Below are positions 11,201-19,258 of a stretch of DNA of 64,000 nt, in pieces. Within the stretch, counting starts at the first letter, position 1, and every line of letters starts with the position of its first letter. The notes beneath the pieces are model-generated. The model ran no database searches. It was not told the DNA's origin and worked only from the letters and a program-made list of their open reading frames with translations. Source of the DNA: Bacteroidota bacterium (GTDB lineage Bacteria > Bacteroidota > Bacteroidia > UBA7662 > JAIXUI01); assembly GCA_027484125.1 (NCBI GenBank), contig JAIXUI010000120.1:15441-79440 (forward strand), in the 5' to 3' direction. The position numbers and the translations under genes are program-made.

Positions 11201-13839
11201 TTCACTCCACCAGCAGTTGCCGGAGTAGATATAAAGTTGACTGTACTTCCGTCAAAGTTGTCGTTCGATGGAAGATTCAATACTGGTATACCAAACAAAC
11301 GCAAACAGCCTGTATCATTTGCAGAAACACTGTCGTTTGGAAGGGTTAACCAAACACATAAATCATAATAAGAGTTAGGAACTGTATAACCGGCTAGGAT
11401 AATTGGATTACTAAATGCTCCTGGTTGAATGTTTAATGCTCTGAGCATAGTGTCTCGGATTGTTCCACTATTGACTCGGAAGGATAGCTTAAGCGAGTCG
11501 AGTGCCAGTGGACTGAAATTTCTCAAAACCACTGAGGCTGATGCCGTTGATCCTGAAATGTTTTGACCCGGCACAATTGGACTAGGTACATTCACTGAGA
11601 AAATACCTGCATCAACACTCGTTGCCAAAACAATTGAGAAATCGTCAATAGCAACACCTGTTGACACAGTATTTGATGTTCCATCTGTTCGGAGTACAAA
11701 TCGGAACCGCACATTTGGAACAAGGTTCAAAATGGAAAGGAAGTACGATGATTTTACCCACTGACCTCCTGTAGAACCTCCCCATCCAGGAAGCACTCCA
11801 CCTGGTTGAACCGCTGCGTTGTAACTAACACTTGCATTGTACCAATTCTGTCCATTGGGGTCATTATTGTTGGTACCAAGAGTAGTCCAAGTGGGAGTTG
11901 CAGAGGAAACGTCGGTAGTGTACTGAATTGTTAACACATCACCAGAACCTAGGTTACGTTTTTGCCAGAACGACATTGTCGCATTAACTGCATTATTGAA
12001 ACTAAATACAGGTGACTCTAAGATGTAAGCGGCATTTTCTGTATAGTTGAGGTTAGAGTCGGTGTACCAAACATTTGGTGCAGAATAGACTCCTAAGTTT
12101 TTAGCAGCCGGGGGCGTTCCTCGTTTCCACCTACGTGAGAATGGCAAACTGGACGGATTCGCACGAGTAGTCCAGATGTTATTCCCATCGAAGTTATCGG
12201 TAAACGGAAAAGTAAGTCCAGAAAATGTACGGAAAGTACGGCATGATGGATTTGCACTATTCAGCGGCAAACGCGCATAATGGTTTCTGACAGATGCATC
12301 GGTAGCCTCCACATAAAAACAAATAACATCGCTATCCTGAGTTGTTGGAATGACTCCTTGGAAAGTATTACTTCCTGGATTTAACCTACTCATCAATGCA
12401 CTTTGTTCTGGCAATGGAGTACCGTTACGTGTGATCACATAACGTACCCGCGCTGTATCGATACCTGAGGGGTCATTGATATCAGCTCGAACTACATGTG
12501 GTCCAAGTGAATACTGATCACCTTGGATGGTTATGGGCAGGAAGGTGATAATTGGAGGGCCGGAAATCGTAAAACTCGAAGTTCCTGTTGCTGGAAATCT
12601 TGTAGTGAATTTTCGAAGTGAATTATCAGTTGAAATGAGGTAATATTCTACCGTATCACCATCTACAATTCTTGGAAATTCAAGGGTGTCGGAGAAAATA
12701 TTGTTGCCTCTTGGTTGTAAAAGTATTGAATCGTAGGGCGAACTAGACTGAGTTCTATAATAACACCAAAGCGAAAGGATACCACTCGAGTCCCAAGAAG
12801 TTGCAGAAATAGGGACTCTAATAGATTGTAAAAGACCGGTCACCGGGGTATGAAGTAAACGTGGTGGACCGGATACTATAAACGAGTCAGTAAAGAACTC
12901 TCGATTTAGAGGAAAATGTGCAAAGTTTTGGTTGAAAGCACTGTCCATCGCGGTGAGCCGATATTTGACTGTATCTCCATCGTAAGCATTAGGAATGGCG
13001 AGAATACCTCTAAACTGATTGCCTGTTACACGATTCATATCGATTGAGTCAACAGGACCTCCATTCACACTATAAACTACCCTGGCATGTTTTACACCGG
13101 AAGCGTCTGTGATATTCGCATTGATTGGAACATTAATCGGGATTTGTAATCCTGAAAGTGGCGTGTGAGCAATAACTGGTGGATCAATTTCTGAGTTAGC
13201 TGCTAGTACGAAAATAGAGTCCAGATACCAACCTGAACGGATTGGGCTACCCATACCATTGGCGAACGACTGCTTTACGGTAAAGCGAATTTGTAATTGA
13301 GTGGCATTGTTAGCTAATCCAGAAATGTCAAAACGCTCGTCCTTCCAAAGGTTATTATTGGGCTGAGAAGCGCCACCCGGCACCCAAGGATTTGTCCCTG
13401 TTGGGTAAGAAACTTCAGCAAAGGTGCCTCTGGTAAGGTAGTTGGTTGAAGCTCCGAGATACGTAGAATTAGTTAGCGTTACTTTAGTCCAAGTTGATCC
13501 ATTATCTCTGGAAACCTCTAGGTAAGCAGAGTCGCTTAATTCTATGTAACATATGTGCGAAAAGTAAACCCATACCCTACTAAAATTACTTGTATTGATG
13601 GTATTGGTAGTAAGGTGTATAAAATCCGGAAGAGAGGTAGTAGCCTGATAAGTACCTCTCATAGATTGAGATCCGGCGCGGGCAAGGGTATTATTGACTG
13701 CAAAGCCGGGGGTACCGCTGGAGGTAACTCCAGTGGGTGGATTGCCTTCCATACTCTCTTCGTAAACACGGGTAAGAAACTGAGCATTGGCTAGCCCGGC
13801 CGTGCATACAAGTAACAGAAGCAGTAGCAGTTTTCTCAT
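8257..13839 (-). CDS. 1860 aa T9SS type-A cargo protein (beta-sandwich and CARDB-like modules; probable adhesin or surface protein)
   Basis: Signal peptide; repeated F.D.F(D/E)...W...IDDF jelly-roll modules; three PP.I.HTP Ig-like repeats; C-terminal LYPNPS...TDVSGR...GIYFLRV...KFILKK T9SS CTD. Confidence 0.85.
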   Translation of the reverse strand: MRKLLLLLLLVCTAGLANAQFLTRVYEESMEGNPPTGVTSSGTPGFAVNNTLARAGSQSMRGTYQATTSLPDFIHLTTNTINTSNFSRVWVYFSHICYIELSDSAYLEVSRDNGSTWTKVTLTNSTYLGASTNYLTRGTFAEVSYPTGTNPWVPGGASQPNNNLWKDERFDISGLANNATQLQIRFTVKQSFANGMGSPIRSGWYLDSIFVLAANSEIDPPVIAHTPLSGLQIPINVPINANITDASGVKHARVVYSVNGGPVDSIDMNRVTGNQFRGILAIPNAYDGDTVKYRLTAMDSAFNQNFAHFPLNREFFTDSFIVSGPPRLLHTPVTGLLQSIRVPISATSWDSSGILSLWCYYRTQSSSPYDSILLQPRGNNIFSDTLEFPRIVDGDTVEYYLISTDNSLRKFTTRFPATGTSSFTISGPPIITFLPITIQGDQYSLGPHVVRADINDPSGIDTARVRYVITRNGTPLPEQSALMSRLNPGSNTFQGVIPTTQDSDVICFYVEATDASVRNHYARLPLNSANPSCRTFRTFSGLTFPFTDNFDGNNIWTTRANPSSLPFSRRWKRGTPPAAKNLGVYSAPNVWYTDSNLNYTENAAYILESPVFSFNNAVNATMSFWQKRNLGSGDVLTIQYTTDVSSATPTWTTLGTNNNDPNGQNWYNASVSYNAAVQPGGVLPGWGGSTGGQWVKSSYFLSILNLVPNVRFRFVLRTDGTSNTVSTGVAIDDFSIVLATSVDAGIFSVNVPSPIVPGQNISGSTASASVVLRNFSPLALDSLKLSFRVNSGTIRDTMLRALNIQPGAFSNPIILAGYTVPNSYYDLCVWLTLPNDSVSANDTGCLRLFGIPVLNLPSNDNFDGSTVNFISTPATAGGVNSWQQGVPSKPRMNAAFSAPQAWVTNLTSSFSPNHTAFLYSPYYNFNGKYNYRLRFKMRRILPSNAGLRLTWASGNSTTYTTLGSTGALYSQNWYNGTANVNGTNGPAWRTNSDSNAANGGFVNCELDLSQFNNFGQPIRFRFEFTAGATADVGVLIDNFELVEPAPRDAGVIAFVSPNPLPDSLNAMVQVQVRIKNWGRDTLTSVPINYTLNGVYRLATPTIFNGVIPPAGEVVAFVDSFPSPPRGNYTMCARPFLAGDTSYAAKDSACISVKAILPNELQIIGLLNPRPNSCIAVGTYSVRMLVRNNGHSPVTAGAMAYQYRNNAWVNENFSNVSVLPKEIDTLTFSTPLNVTRGFAPIRLATSVTGDDVFWNDSTRATLNAIDGFKPPYFNDFEDVRRIGELCNDLRSRSWVVTNSSAGNSSPTGLELGSTSSTGWTNTNATNVWNDNVNPEHFAATSIAINTAAINNLTVKFDHKQVVTSGAAGDTQCFFRVILVNNTTGVVTQVSPTITTNTPNSPFVTREYELNNLYNAGDQVLIQFQSKARNPSGGAASAAKNANFVDNIQIYNKIPISATVQDMEFNPGLLKKGTPTLVRALVRSSGFTPINSVVLELKHQGVVASRDTFTFNPPLQFNQFRRVNLSTPFTPDTGSNDICVVSLLPNFIADSYTKDDTFCRAIPGLDEIASFPYCNEFEQGSPRWQTKNAFTVRDSLSAWRLGTPNKPLIPSAFSGTRAWYVGDNGTYPVNDTSALYTPVFKVRAGDCYKLSFKHYIVTERFDGGTVEYSTDAGRNWDQLGNADGNMGTNWFNTYFINGLWNVNLLPRSVASGWSGNSLGWITSEHPFNHQTDADVIFRFRFGSDGSVQLQGWAIDDFCFEQVTSPCAIVSVQEPGAKLNRIELYPNPSQGEVSLKFELPSDGDFQLALTDVSGRVVWEKAYGEIAAGQHTISENFQDFNSGIYFLRVNFNGQSQVQKFILKK

Positions 13840-13884
13840 GGTTCAGTATTGGTATCCGATAAAATTAGTTTTTCCCTACCAGTT

Positions 13885-15861
13885 TTAATACGCTAGCAGG
13901 TCTTTTAACTTTCTTTTGAAGCGATTTTTTCCTAAAAACTTGTTTTCTAAAGCTGGACTAAAAGGAACAGGGGTATCAAGTGAACCATGTCTTGAGACTG
14001 GAGCATCCAAAAATTGGAAACATTCTTCAGCGATGGTTGCAGCAATTTCGCCACCAATACCACCTGTCTGACAGTCCTCGTGCATAACCATAACTCGTCC
14101 TGTTTTCTTTACACTTTCAAAAACAGTTTCTTTATCCCAAGGTAAAAGCGTTCTTAAATCTATGACTTCAATTTCGCCTTCACCATGCTCTTGGGCTGCT
14201 TCTAATGCCCAGTGAACACCCAGGCCGTAAGTAACAACCGTTACATCGTTGCCTTTTTGAGCAACAACAGCTTTTCCGATTGGAAGGGTGTAGTACCCAT
14301 CCGGAACGGCCGCCGATAAACTCCTGTAGAGTGCCTTATGCTCGAAGAACAGATACGGATTGGGGTCTTCAAATGCAGCCAATAGCAAGCCCTTCGCATC
14401 AACTGGGTTTGAGGGATAAACCACTTTTAATCCAGGAGTATGCACGAACCAAGCCTCATTAGACTGACTGTGGAAAGGCCCTGCTCCTACTCCGGCACCT
14501 GTTGGCATTCGCACCACTACATCGGCATGTTGCCCCCAACGGTAGTGCATCTTCGCTAAATTATTGACAATCTGATTGAAGCCAGAGGTCACAAAGTCAG
14601 CGAACTGCATTTCTACCATCGCTTTCTTTCCTGAAATAGAAAGACCAAGTCCACAACCTAATATTGCAGATTCACATAGTGGGGTATTGCGAACACGACC
14701 TTTACCGAACTGCTCAACAAACCCTTCCGTGATTTTGAAAACTCCTCCATATTCTGCAATATCCTGGCCCATCAGGACCAAGTCATGATGCTTCTCCATG
14801 GCAAGTTTCAAACCATCAGAGATGGCATCGCAAAGGCGTTTATCAGAGGTAGAAGACGAAGGAGCAGTCAGTGTTTGTTGCCAAGGCGCGTAAACATCGC
14901 CCAATTCTTCTTCTACACTATTATCAGGCTCAGGAAGGGCAAAAGCGAAGTTCAAACCTTCGTCGATTTCCGATTTTACCTGACTTCTGATTAGCTCGAT
15001 AAGGCTTTGATCCAGAATTTTCTCTTCCAGCAAATACTGCTCGAAATTGACCACCGGATCTTTCTTCGACCAAATATCGAATAGCTCTTGAGGAACATAT
15101 TTCGTACCTGAAGCTTCTTCGTGGCCACGCATCCTGAAAGTCATGCACTCAAGAAGTATAGGGCGTGGGTTAACTCGCATATCATCAGCAAGTTTCTTCA
15201 CCGTTTGATAAACTTCTAAAATGTTATTCCCATCAATTTGGATGGCTTCCATTCCATAACCTACTCCTTTATCGATAAAGCTATTACAGCGATACTGCTC
15301 AGAAGTTGGAGTGGATAATCCGTAACCATTGTTTTCAATTACGAAAATCACAGGCAACTGCCATACAGCCGCTACATTGAGTGCTTCATGAAAATCGCCC
15401 TCTGAAGTGCCACCATCGCCGGTGAATGCTGCTGCAACTTGAGGCTGTCCTTCCAACAAAGACGCAAGTGCAGCACCATTCGCTAAAGTGAGTTGTGGCC
15501 CAAGGTGCGAAATCATTCCTACGATATGATGTTCTTTAGCACCAAAGTGAAAAGAACGTTCTCTTCCTTTACTGTAACCCTCATATTTACCTTGCAACTG
15601 GGCAAATAGCCGCCCAAGCGGCATTTTCCTGGTAGTAAACACACCAAGGTTTCTATGTAGAGGAAAAATATATTCCCTTTCGGCAAGCGCAGAGGTTAAA
15701 CCAACAGCAATGGCTTCTTGGCCAATCCCGGAAAACCATTTCGAAACTTTCCCTTGGCGCAATAGCACCAACATTTTTTCCTCTATCATTCTTGGCTTGA
15801 CAAGTGATTTGTACAAGCTCAATAGTACTTCAGGACTTTCCTGGTATTGTTTAAAGTTCAT
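13885..15861 (-). CDS. 2-oxoacid (branched-chain type) dehydrogenase E1, fused alpha/beta subunits
   Basis: TPP-binding GDGGTSEGDFHEALN, RMRGHEE, beta-part RNTPLCE and GPFHSQS. Confidence 0.9.
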   Translation of the reverse strand: MNFKQYQESPEVLLSLYKSLVKPRMIEEKMLVLLRQGKVSKWFSGIGQEAIAVGLTSALAEREYIFPLHRNLGVFTTRKMPLGRLFAQLQGKYEGYSKGRERSFHFGAKEHHIVGMISHLGPQLTLANGAALASLLEGQPQVAAAFTGDGGTSEGDFHEALNVAAVWQLPVIFVIENNGYGLSTPTSEQYRCNSFIDKGVGYGMEAIQIDGNNILEVYQTVKKLADDMRVNPRPILLECMTFRMRGHEEASGTKYVPQELFDIWSKKDPVVNFEQYLLEEKILDQSLIELIRSQVKSEIDEGLNFAFALPEPDNSVEEELGDVYAPWQQTLTAPSSSTSDKRLCDAISDGLKLAMEKHHDLVLMGQDIAEYGGVFKITEGFVEQFGKGRVRNTPLCESAILGCGLGLSISGKKAMVEMQFADFVTSGFNQIVNNLAKMHYRWGQHADVVVRMPTGAGVGAGPFHSQSNEAWFVHTPGLKVVYPSNPVDAKGLLLAAFEDPNPYLFFEHKALYRSLSAAVPDGYYTLPIGKAVVAQKGNDVTVVTYGLGVHWALEAAQEHGEGEIEVIDLRTLLPWDKETVFESVKKTGRVMVMHEDCQTGGIGGEIAATIAEECFQFLDAPVSRHGSLDTPVPFSPALENKFLGKNRFKRKLKDLLAY

Positions 15862-15865
15862 GCGT

Positions 15866-17251
15866 TCAGGCTATTCCTTGGTTTTTATCTCTCCACAATT
15901 GATTAAAGCTCTTTTCAGGCAATTCAGGCATCGTTCTTCTGGCTCCCCATGACTCAGTAAATCCATATCGAACTACTATTTTTTTCATTTTTAGTCCCGG
16001 CATATTAAACCATTTGCGTTTCATCATGGCCTGTCTCCAAAAAAACCATCCGTAACCTTCCACTTTTGAACTTAAATTTTGCTGTACCGCATCACGGCGG
16101 TTGTACAGCAGTAATTTGTGCAAATCAATTCTTACCGGACAAACTTCGGTGCAGTTTCCACATAAAGAGGAGGCGTAACTCAGATGTCGAAACTCCTCCA
16201 TACCCTTCATATTTGGCGTAATCACTGACCCTATAGGCCCTGAATAGGTTGTACCATATGAATGTCCTCCAACATTTTTATAAACAGGGCAAGCATTCAG
16301 ACATGCACCACAACGAATACAATACAATGACTGACGCTGATCAACATTGGCGAGGATGTTAGTTCTTCCATTATCAAGTAATATCACATACATCTCTTCC
16401 GGCCCATCTAGTTCTCCCTCCTGACGCGGCCCTGATAGGATGGTATTATAAACCGTAACCAGCTGTCCTGTTCCATGAGTACCAAGCAGTGGGAAGAAAA
16501 GATCAAGATCTAACATAGACGGAATGATTTTCTCAATCCCGACAATGGCAATATGAACCTTAGGGAAAGTTGTACTCATTCTGGCATTGCCTTCATTTTC
16601 TGTTATGGCAATTGAACCAGTATCTGCTACAATGAAGTTAGCACCGCTTATTCCAACTTCAGCGTTTAAGTACTCTTTTCTTAATAACTCTCTTGCATGA
16701 AGCGTTAATGCTTCTGGGCTTAGTCCAGGCTCCGTATTGAGTTTTTTATGAAAAATATCTGCAATGTCCTCCTTGGAGAGATGCATGGCTGGAGTTACAA
16801 TGTGATAGGGAGGCTCATCATTGAGCTGTACAATGAACTCTCCTAAATCAGTTTCATACACTTTAATGGCGTTCTTTTCCAGGACGTCATTCAGGTGTAT
16901 TTCTTCTGTGACCATAGATTTAGACTTTACCACTGAACGAGCCTCAACCTTTCTGCAGATTTTAAGCACCTCTTTCATAGCCTCTTCTGCATCATTGGCC
17001 CAAAGTACTTTTCCGCCTCGTTTGGTGAAGTTGGCTTCAAATTGAACCAACATCGACTCAAGATTCTCTATAGCCTTCCATTTCAGAAAGTTTGCCCTTG
17101 TTCTGGCGGTTTCTAAGTCAGCAAAATGCGACTTCCCAACAGCTACACTGTGGTTATACTTACTGATATTAAAATTGATGATGCGTCGGTGTTTATCATC
17201 AAATGCCTTTTTATTAGAATCGGTGAGAAACTTTTCTGAAGTACTAATCAT
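15866..17251 (-). CDS. lutB: LutB/LldF-family lactate utilisation iron-sulfur protein
   Basis: VKSKSMVTEEI, ETDLGEFI, PYHIVTPAMH, CIRCGACLNACP, CGNCTEVCP; start reassigned to ATG 17251. Confidence 0.9.
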   Translation of the reverse strand: MISTSEKFLTDSNKKAFDDKHRRIINFNISKYNHSVAVGKSHFADLETARTRANFLKWKAIENLESMLVQFEANFTKRGGKVLWANDAEEAMKEVLKICRKVEARSVVKSKSMVTEEIHLNDVLEKNAIKVYETDLGEFIVQLNDEPPYHIVTPAMHLSKEDIADIFHKKLNTEPGLSPEALTLHARELLRKEYLNAEVGISGANFIVADTGSIAITENEGNARMSTTFPKVHIAIVGIEKIIPSMLDLDLFFPLLGTHGTGQLVTVYNTILSGPRQEGELDGPEEMYVILLDNGRTNILANVDQRQSLYCIRCGACLNACPVYKNVGGHSYGTTYSGPIGSVITPNMKGMEEFRHLSYASSLCGNCTEVCPVRIDLHKLLLYNRRDAVQQNLSSKVEGYGWFFWRQAMMKRKWFNMPGLKMKKIVVRYGFTESWGARRTMPELPEKSFNQLWRDKNQGIA

Positions 17252-17261
17252 ACCCCGTACA

Positions 17262-17681
17262 TTAAATTTTTTCAACACGTTTTTGATGCCTTCCACCTTC
17301 AAATGCAGTAGCCAGAAACTCCTCTACCATGGCAGAAGCAATTTCAAACGACACAAAACGAGCAGGAATACAAAGCACATTAGCATCGTTATGAGAACGA
17401 GCCAAATGTGCAAGTTCTGCCGTCCAGCATAAGGCGGCTCTAATTCCCTGGTGTTTGTTGGCAGTAATACAAACGCCATTTCCGCTGCCACAAAGCAAGA
17501 TACCACGGTTCTCGGGCTCTACTAGTACTGATTCTGCCAACTTATGTGCAAAATCAGGATAATCTACCGAATCACCGGTGTATGGACCTAAGTCCGTAAA
17601 GGGGATTTGAGCTTCGGTAAGCTTCAGCAGCAACTGCTGTTTCATTTCAAATCCGGCATGATCTGAGGCGAGGTATAACAT
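17262..17681 (-). CDS. rpiB: Ribose-5-phosphate isomerase B
   Basis: ASDHAG, DYPDFA, CGSGNG, ARSHNDANVLC, FEGGRH. Confidence 0.95.
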   Translation of the reverse strand: MLYLASDHAGFEMKQQLLLKLTEAQIPFTDLGPYTGDSVDYPDFAHKLAESVLVEPENRGILLCGSGNGVCITANKHQGIRAALCWTAELAHLARSHNDANVLCIPARFVSFEIASAMVEEFLATAFEGGRHQKRVEKI

Positions 17682-17682
17682 G

Positions 17683-18513
17683 TTAATCAACTTGGGTTCG
17701 GTTTTCGTAGCGTCTGATGATGATGATGCTTATTTCATACAACAAGAGCAAAGGAATGCTCATCATCAACATGGAAGCAACATCATTAGGGGTTAAAATA
17801 GCAGCGATGAACAAGTTTACTACAACAGCATGACGACGATATTTCGCCATAAAATCTGCGGTTAATAAACCTATACGCGCTAACAAGTATGCAATCACAG
17901 GAAGCTCAAAGATGAGTCCTGTAGAAAGCGTTATCATCGTTAAGGTAGAAAGATACGAATCTAAAGTGATGGTATTGGTAACCTCAGCACTGACCGTATA
18001 ACTTCCTAAAAACATAAGAGAAATTGGCGCTATCAGGTAATATCCAAAAGCTATTCCGGTAAAAAACAATAAGCTTAAATAGAAGGTGAACCCTCTTATG
18101 GTAGAACGTTCTTTGTATTTCAGCGCAGGTTTCACAAAACGCCAAAACTCCCAAGCGATATACGGAAACCCGACGATAATGCCTGCGATGAAACTCACGG
18201 TAAAATGTTGGAAAAACTGCCCTGACATCTCAATATTGGTAAGAGAAAAACTCACCTTATCGAAGCAAATACCTTTCATCGAAGGATACTTCGCCGCTAA
18301 GTCACAGAAAAAGCGGTATGTAATAAAATCAAGATTCTTGGGTGCAAGTAAAATCCCATCGAAAATCAATTCCTTTTGAAAGAATGCTACTACAGCAAGC
18401 AGGGTAATAACTACAGCACTTCTGAAAAGATGAGACCTGAGTTCATCCAAATGTTGGAGAAAACTCATCTTTTTTTCTTCACCTTCTTCTTTAAACTGAT
18501 CGATATAAGCCAT
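17683..18513 (-). CDS. tatC: Twin-arginine translocase subunit TatC
   Basis: MSFLQHLDELR, WEFWRFVKPAL, FELPV, AAILTP, LLYEISI. Confidence 0.95.
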   Translation of the reverse strand: MAYIDQFKEEGEEKKMSFLQHLDELRSHLFRSAVVITLLAVVAFFQKELIFDGILLAPKNLDFITYRFFCDLAAKYPSMKGICFDKVSFSLTNIEMSGQFFQHFTVSFIAGIIVGFPYIAWEFWRFVKPALKYKERSTIRGFTFYLSLLFFTGIAFGYYLIAPISLMFLGSYTVSAEVTNTITLDSYLSTLTMITLSTGLIFELPVIAYLLARIGLLTADFMAKYRRHAVVVNLFIAAILTPNDVASMLMMSIPLLLLYEISIIIIRRYENRTQVD

Positions 18514-18896
18514 TAGTTAAACCCAGACAAATAGTTCAACAGTTTTTGAAAATGGCCCTCGTCAATTAAGTACGCCAAATGACCAGGATAAAATGCTTCA
18601 TTTTTATAATGAATACACATAACCTTTCTGAGATTGTCAAGGCCTAAAGCATCTATTTCTTCAGGATGCTGAATGAGCCTGTCTGCCAGCACTGTTTCCG
18701 CAAGCCAATCAAAATCAGGATAAAAATCCAGCTCTCGGCATAAAGCATTAAACTGTTGGATCGTTTCATGGTATTGATAAACTATCAGTCCATCCCCATA
18801 ATCCGAGGCCTCATAGAGGTGTTCTTGCTGAAGAATTTCAGCGGCAGCATGCTTTAAATCCGTTAGATGCTCCCGGTTAAAAGTTGGCGGTATCAA
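18513..18896 (-). CDS. Hypothetical protein resembling DUF6508
   Basis: FDWL...IDALGLDNLRKVMCIHYKNEAFYPGHLAYLIDEGHF resembles the recalled DUF6508 pattern (FDW...L..L.KL.T.H.R.ERF..GHL....ESG). TTG start overlaps the DUF3467 stop; the stop overlaps the tatC ATG. Confidence 0.55.
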   Translation of the reverse strand: MIPPTFNREHLTDLKHAAAEILQQEHLYEASDYGDGLIVYQYHETIQQFNALCRELDFYPDFDWLAETVLADRLIQHPEEIDALGLDNLRKVMCIHYKNEAFYPGHLAYLIDEGHFQKLLNYLSGFN

Positions 18897-19195
18897 GCTT
18901 GAGCAGTTGGTCCACCAAAGTTAAACGGCATCATAGGTCCAGAATCATCGCTAATAACACCAAATCCAGCTTCATACTTGGCAATGTTTTCTTGTAAAGC
19001 AAACATCAAACGCTTGGCATGTTGTGGTGTTAACACAATGCGGCTTTTTACCCGGGCTTTAGGCATGTTGGGCAGTATTCTGACAAAGTCAACCACAAAT
19101 TCAGAGTTTGAATGGGCTATGATGGCAAGGTTAGAGTAAACACCTTCTGCTACTTCCTCAGAAATTTCTACGCTCAATTGATTTTGATCTTCCAT
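18893..19195 (-). CDS. DUF3467 domain protein
   Basis: VAEGVYSNLAIIAHSNSEFVVDF...ARVKSRIVLTPQHAKRL; this family usually follows rpoC in Bacteroidota. Confidence 0.9.
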   Translation of the reverse strand: MEDQNQLSVEISEEVAEGVYSNLAIIAHSNSEFVVDFVRILPNMPKARVKSRIVLTPQHAKRLMFALQENIAKYEAGFGVISDDSGPMMPFNFGGPTAQA

Positions 19196-19199
19196 AGGG

Positions 19200-19207
19200 C
19201 AAAAATA
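19200..19207 (-). promoter_or_regulatory. -7 element (TATTTTTG) for the DUF3467-tatC unit
   Basis: TAnnTTTG 4 nt upstream of the ATG, adjoining the rpoC terminator T-tract. Confidence 0.6.
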
Positions 19208-19208
19208 G

Positions 19209-19240
19209 AAAAGAGCCGGTCTTTTGAACCGGCTCTTTTT
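19209..19240 (-). terminator. Intrinsic terminator after rpoC
   Basis: AAAAGAGCCGG...CCGGCTCTTTT inverted repeat with T-runs on both strands. Confidence 0.85.
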
Positions 19241-19258
19241 GTTTCTGTTAAACTTAGC

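Noticed and set aside
5096-13839. Two large genes both starting MRKLLLL, suggesting a shuffled signal-peptide cassette
   Set aside because: The DNA sequences differ beyond the first codons; this is a common signal-peptide pattern.
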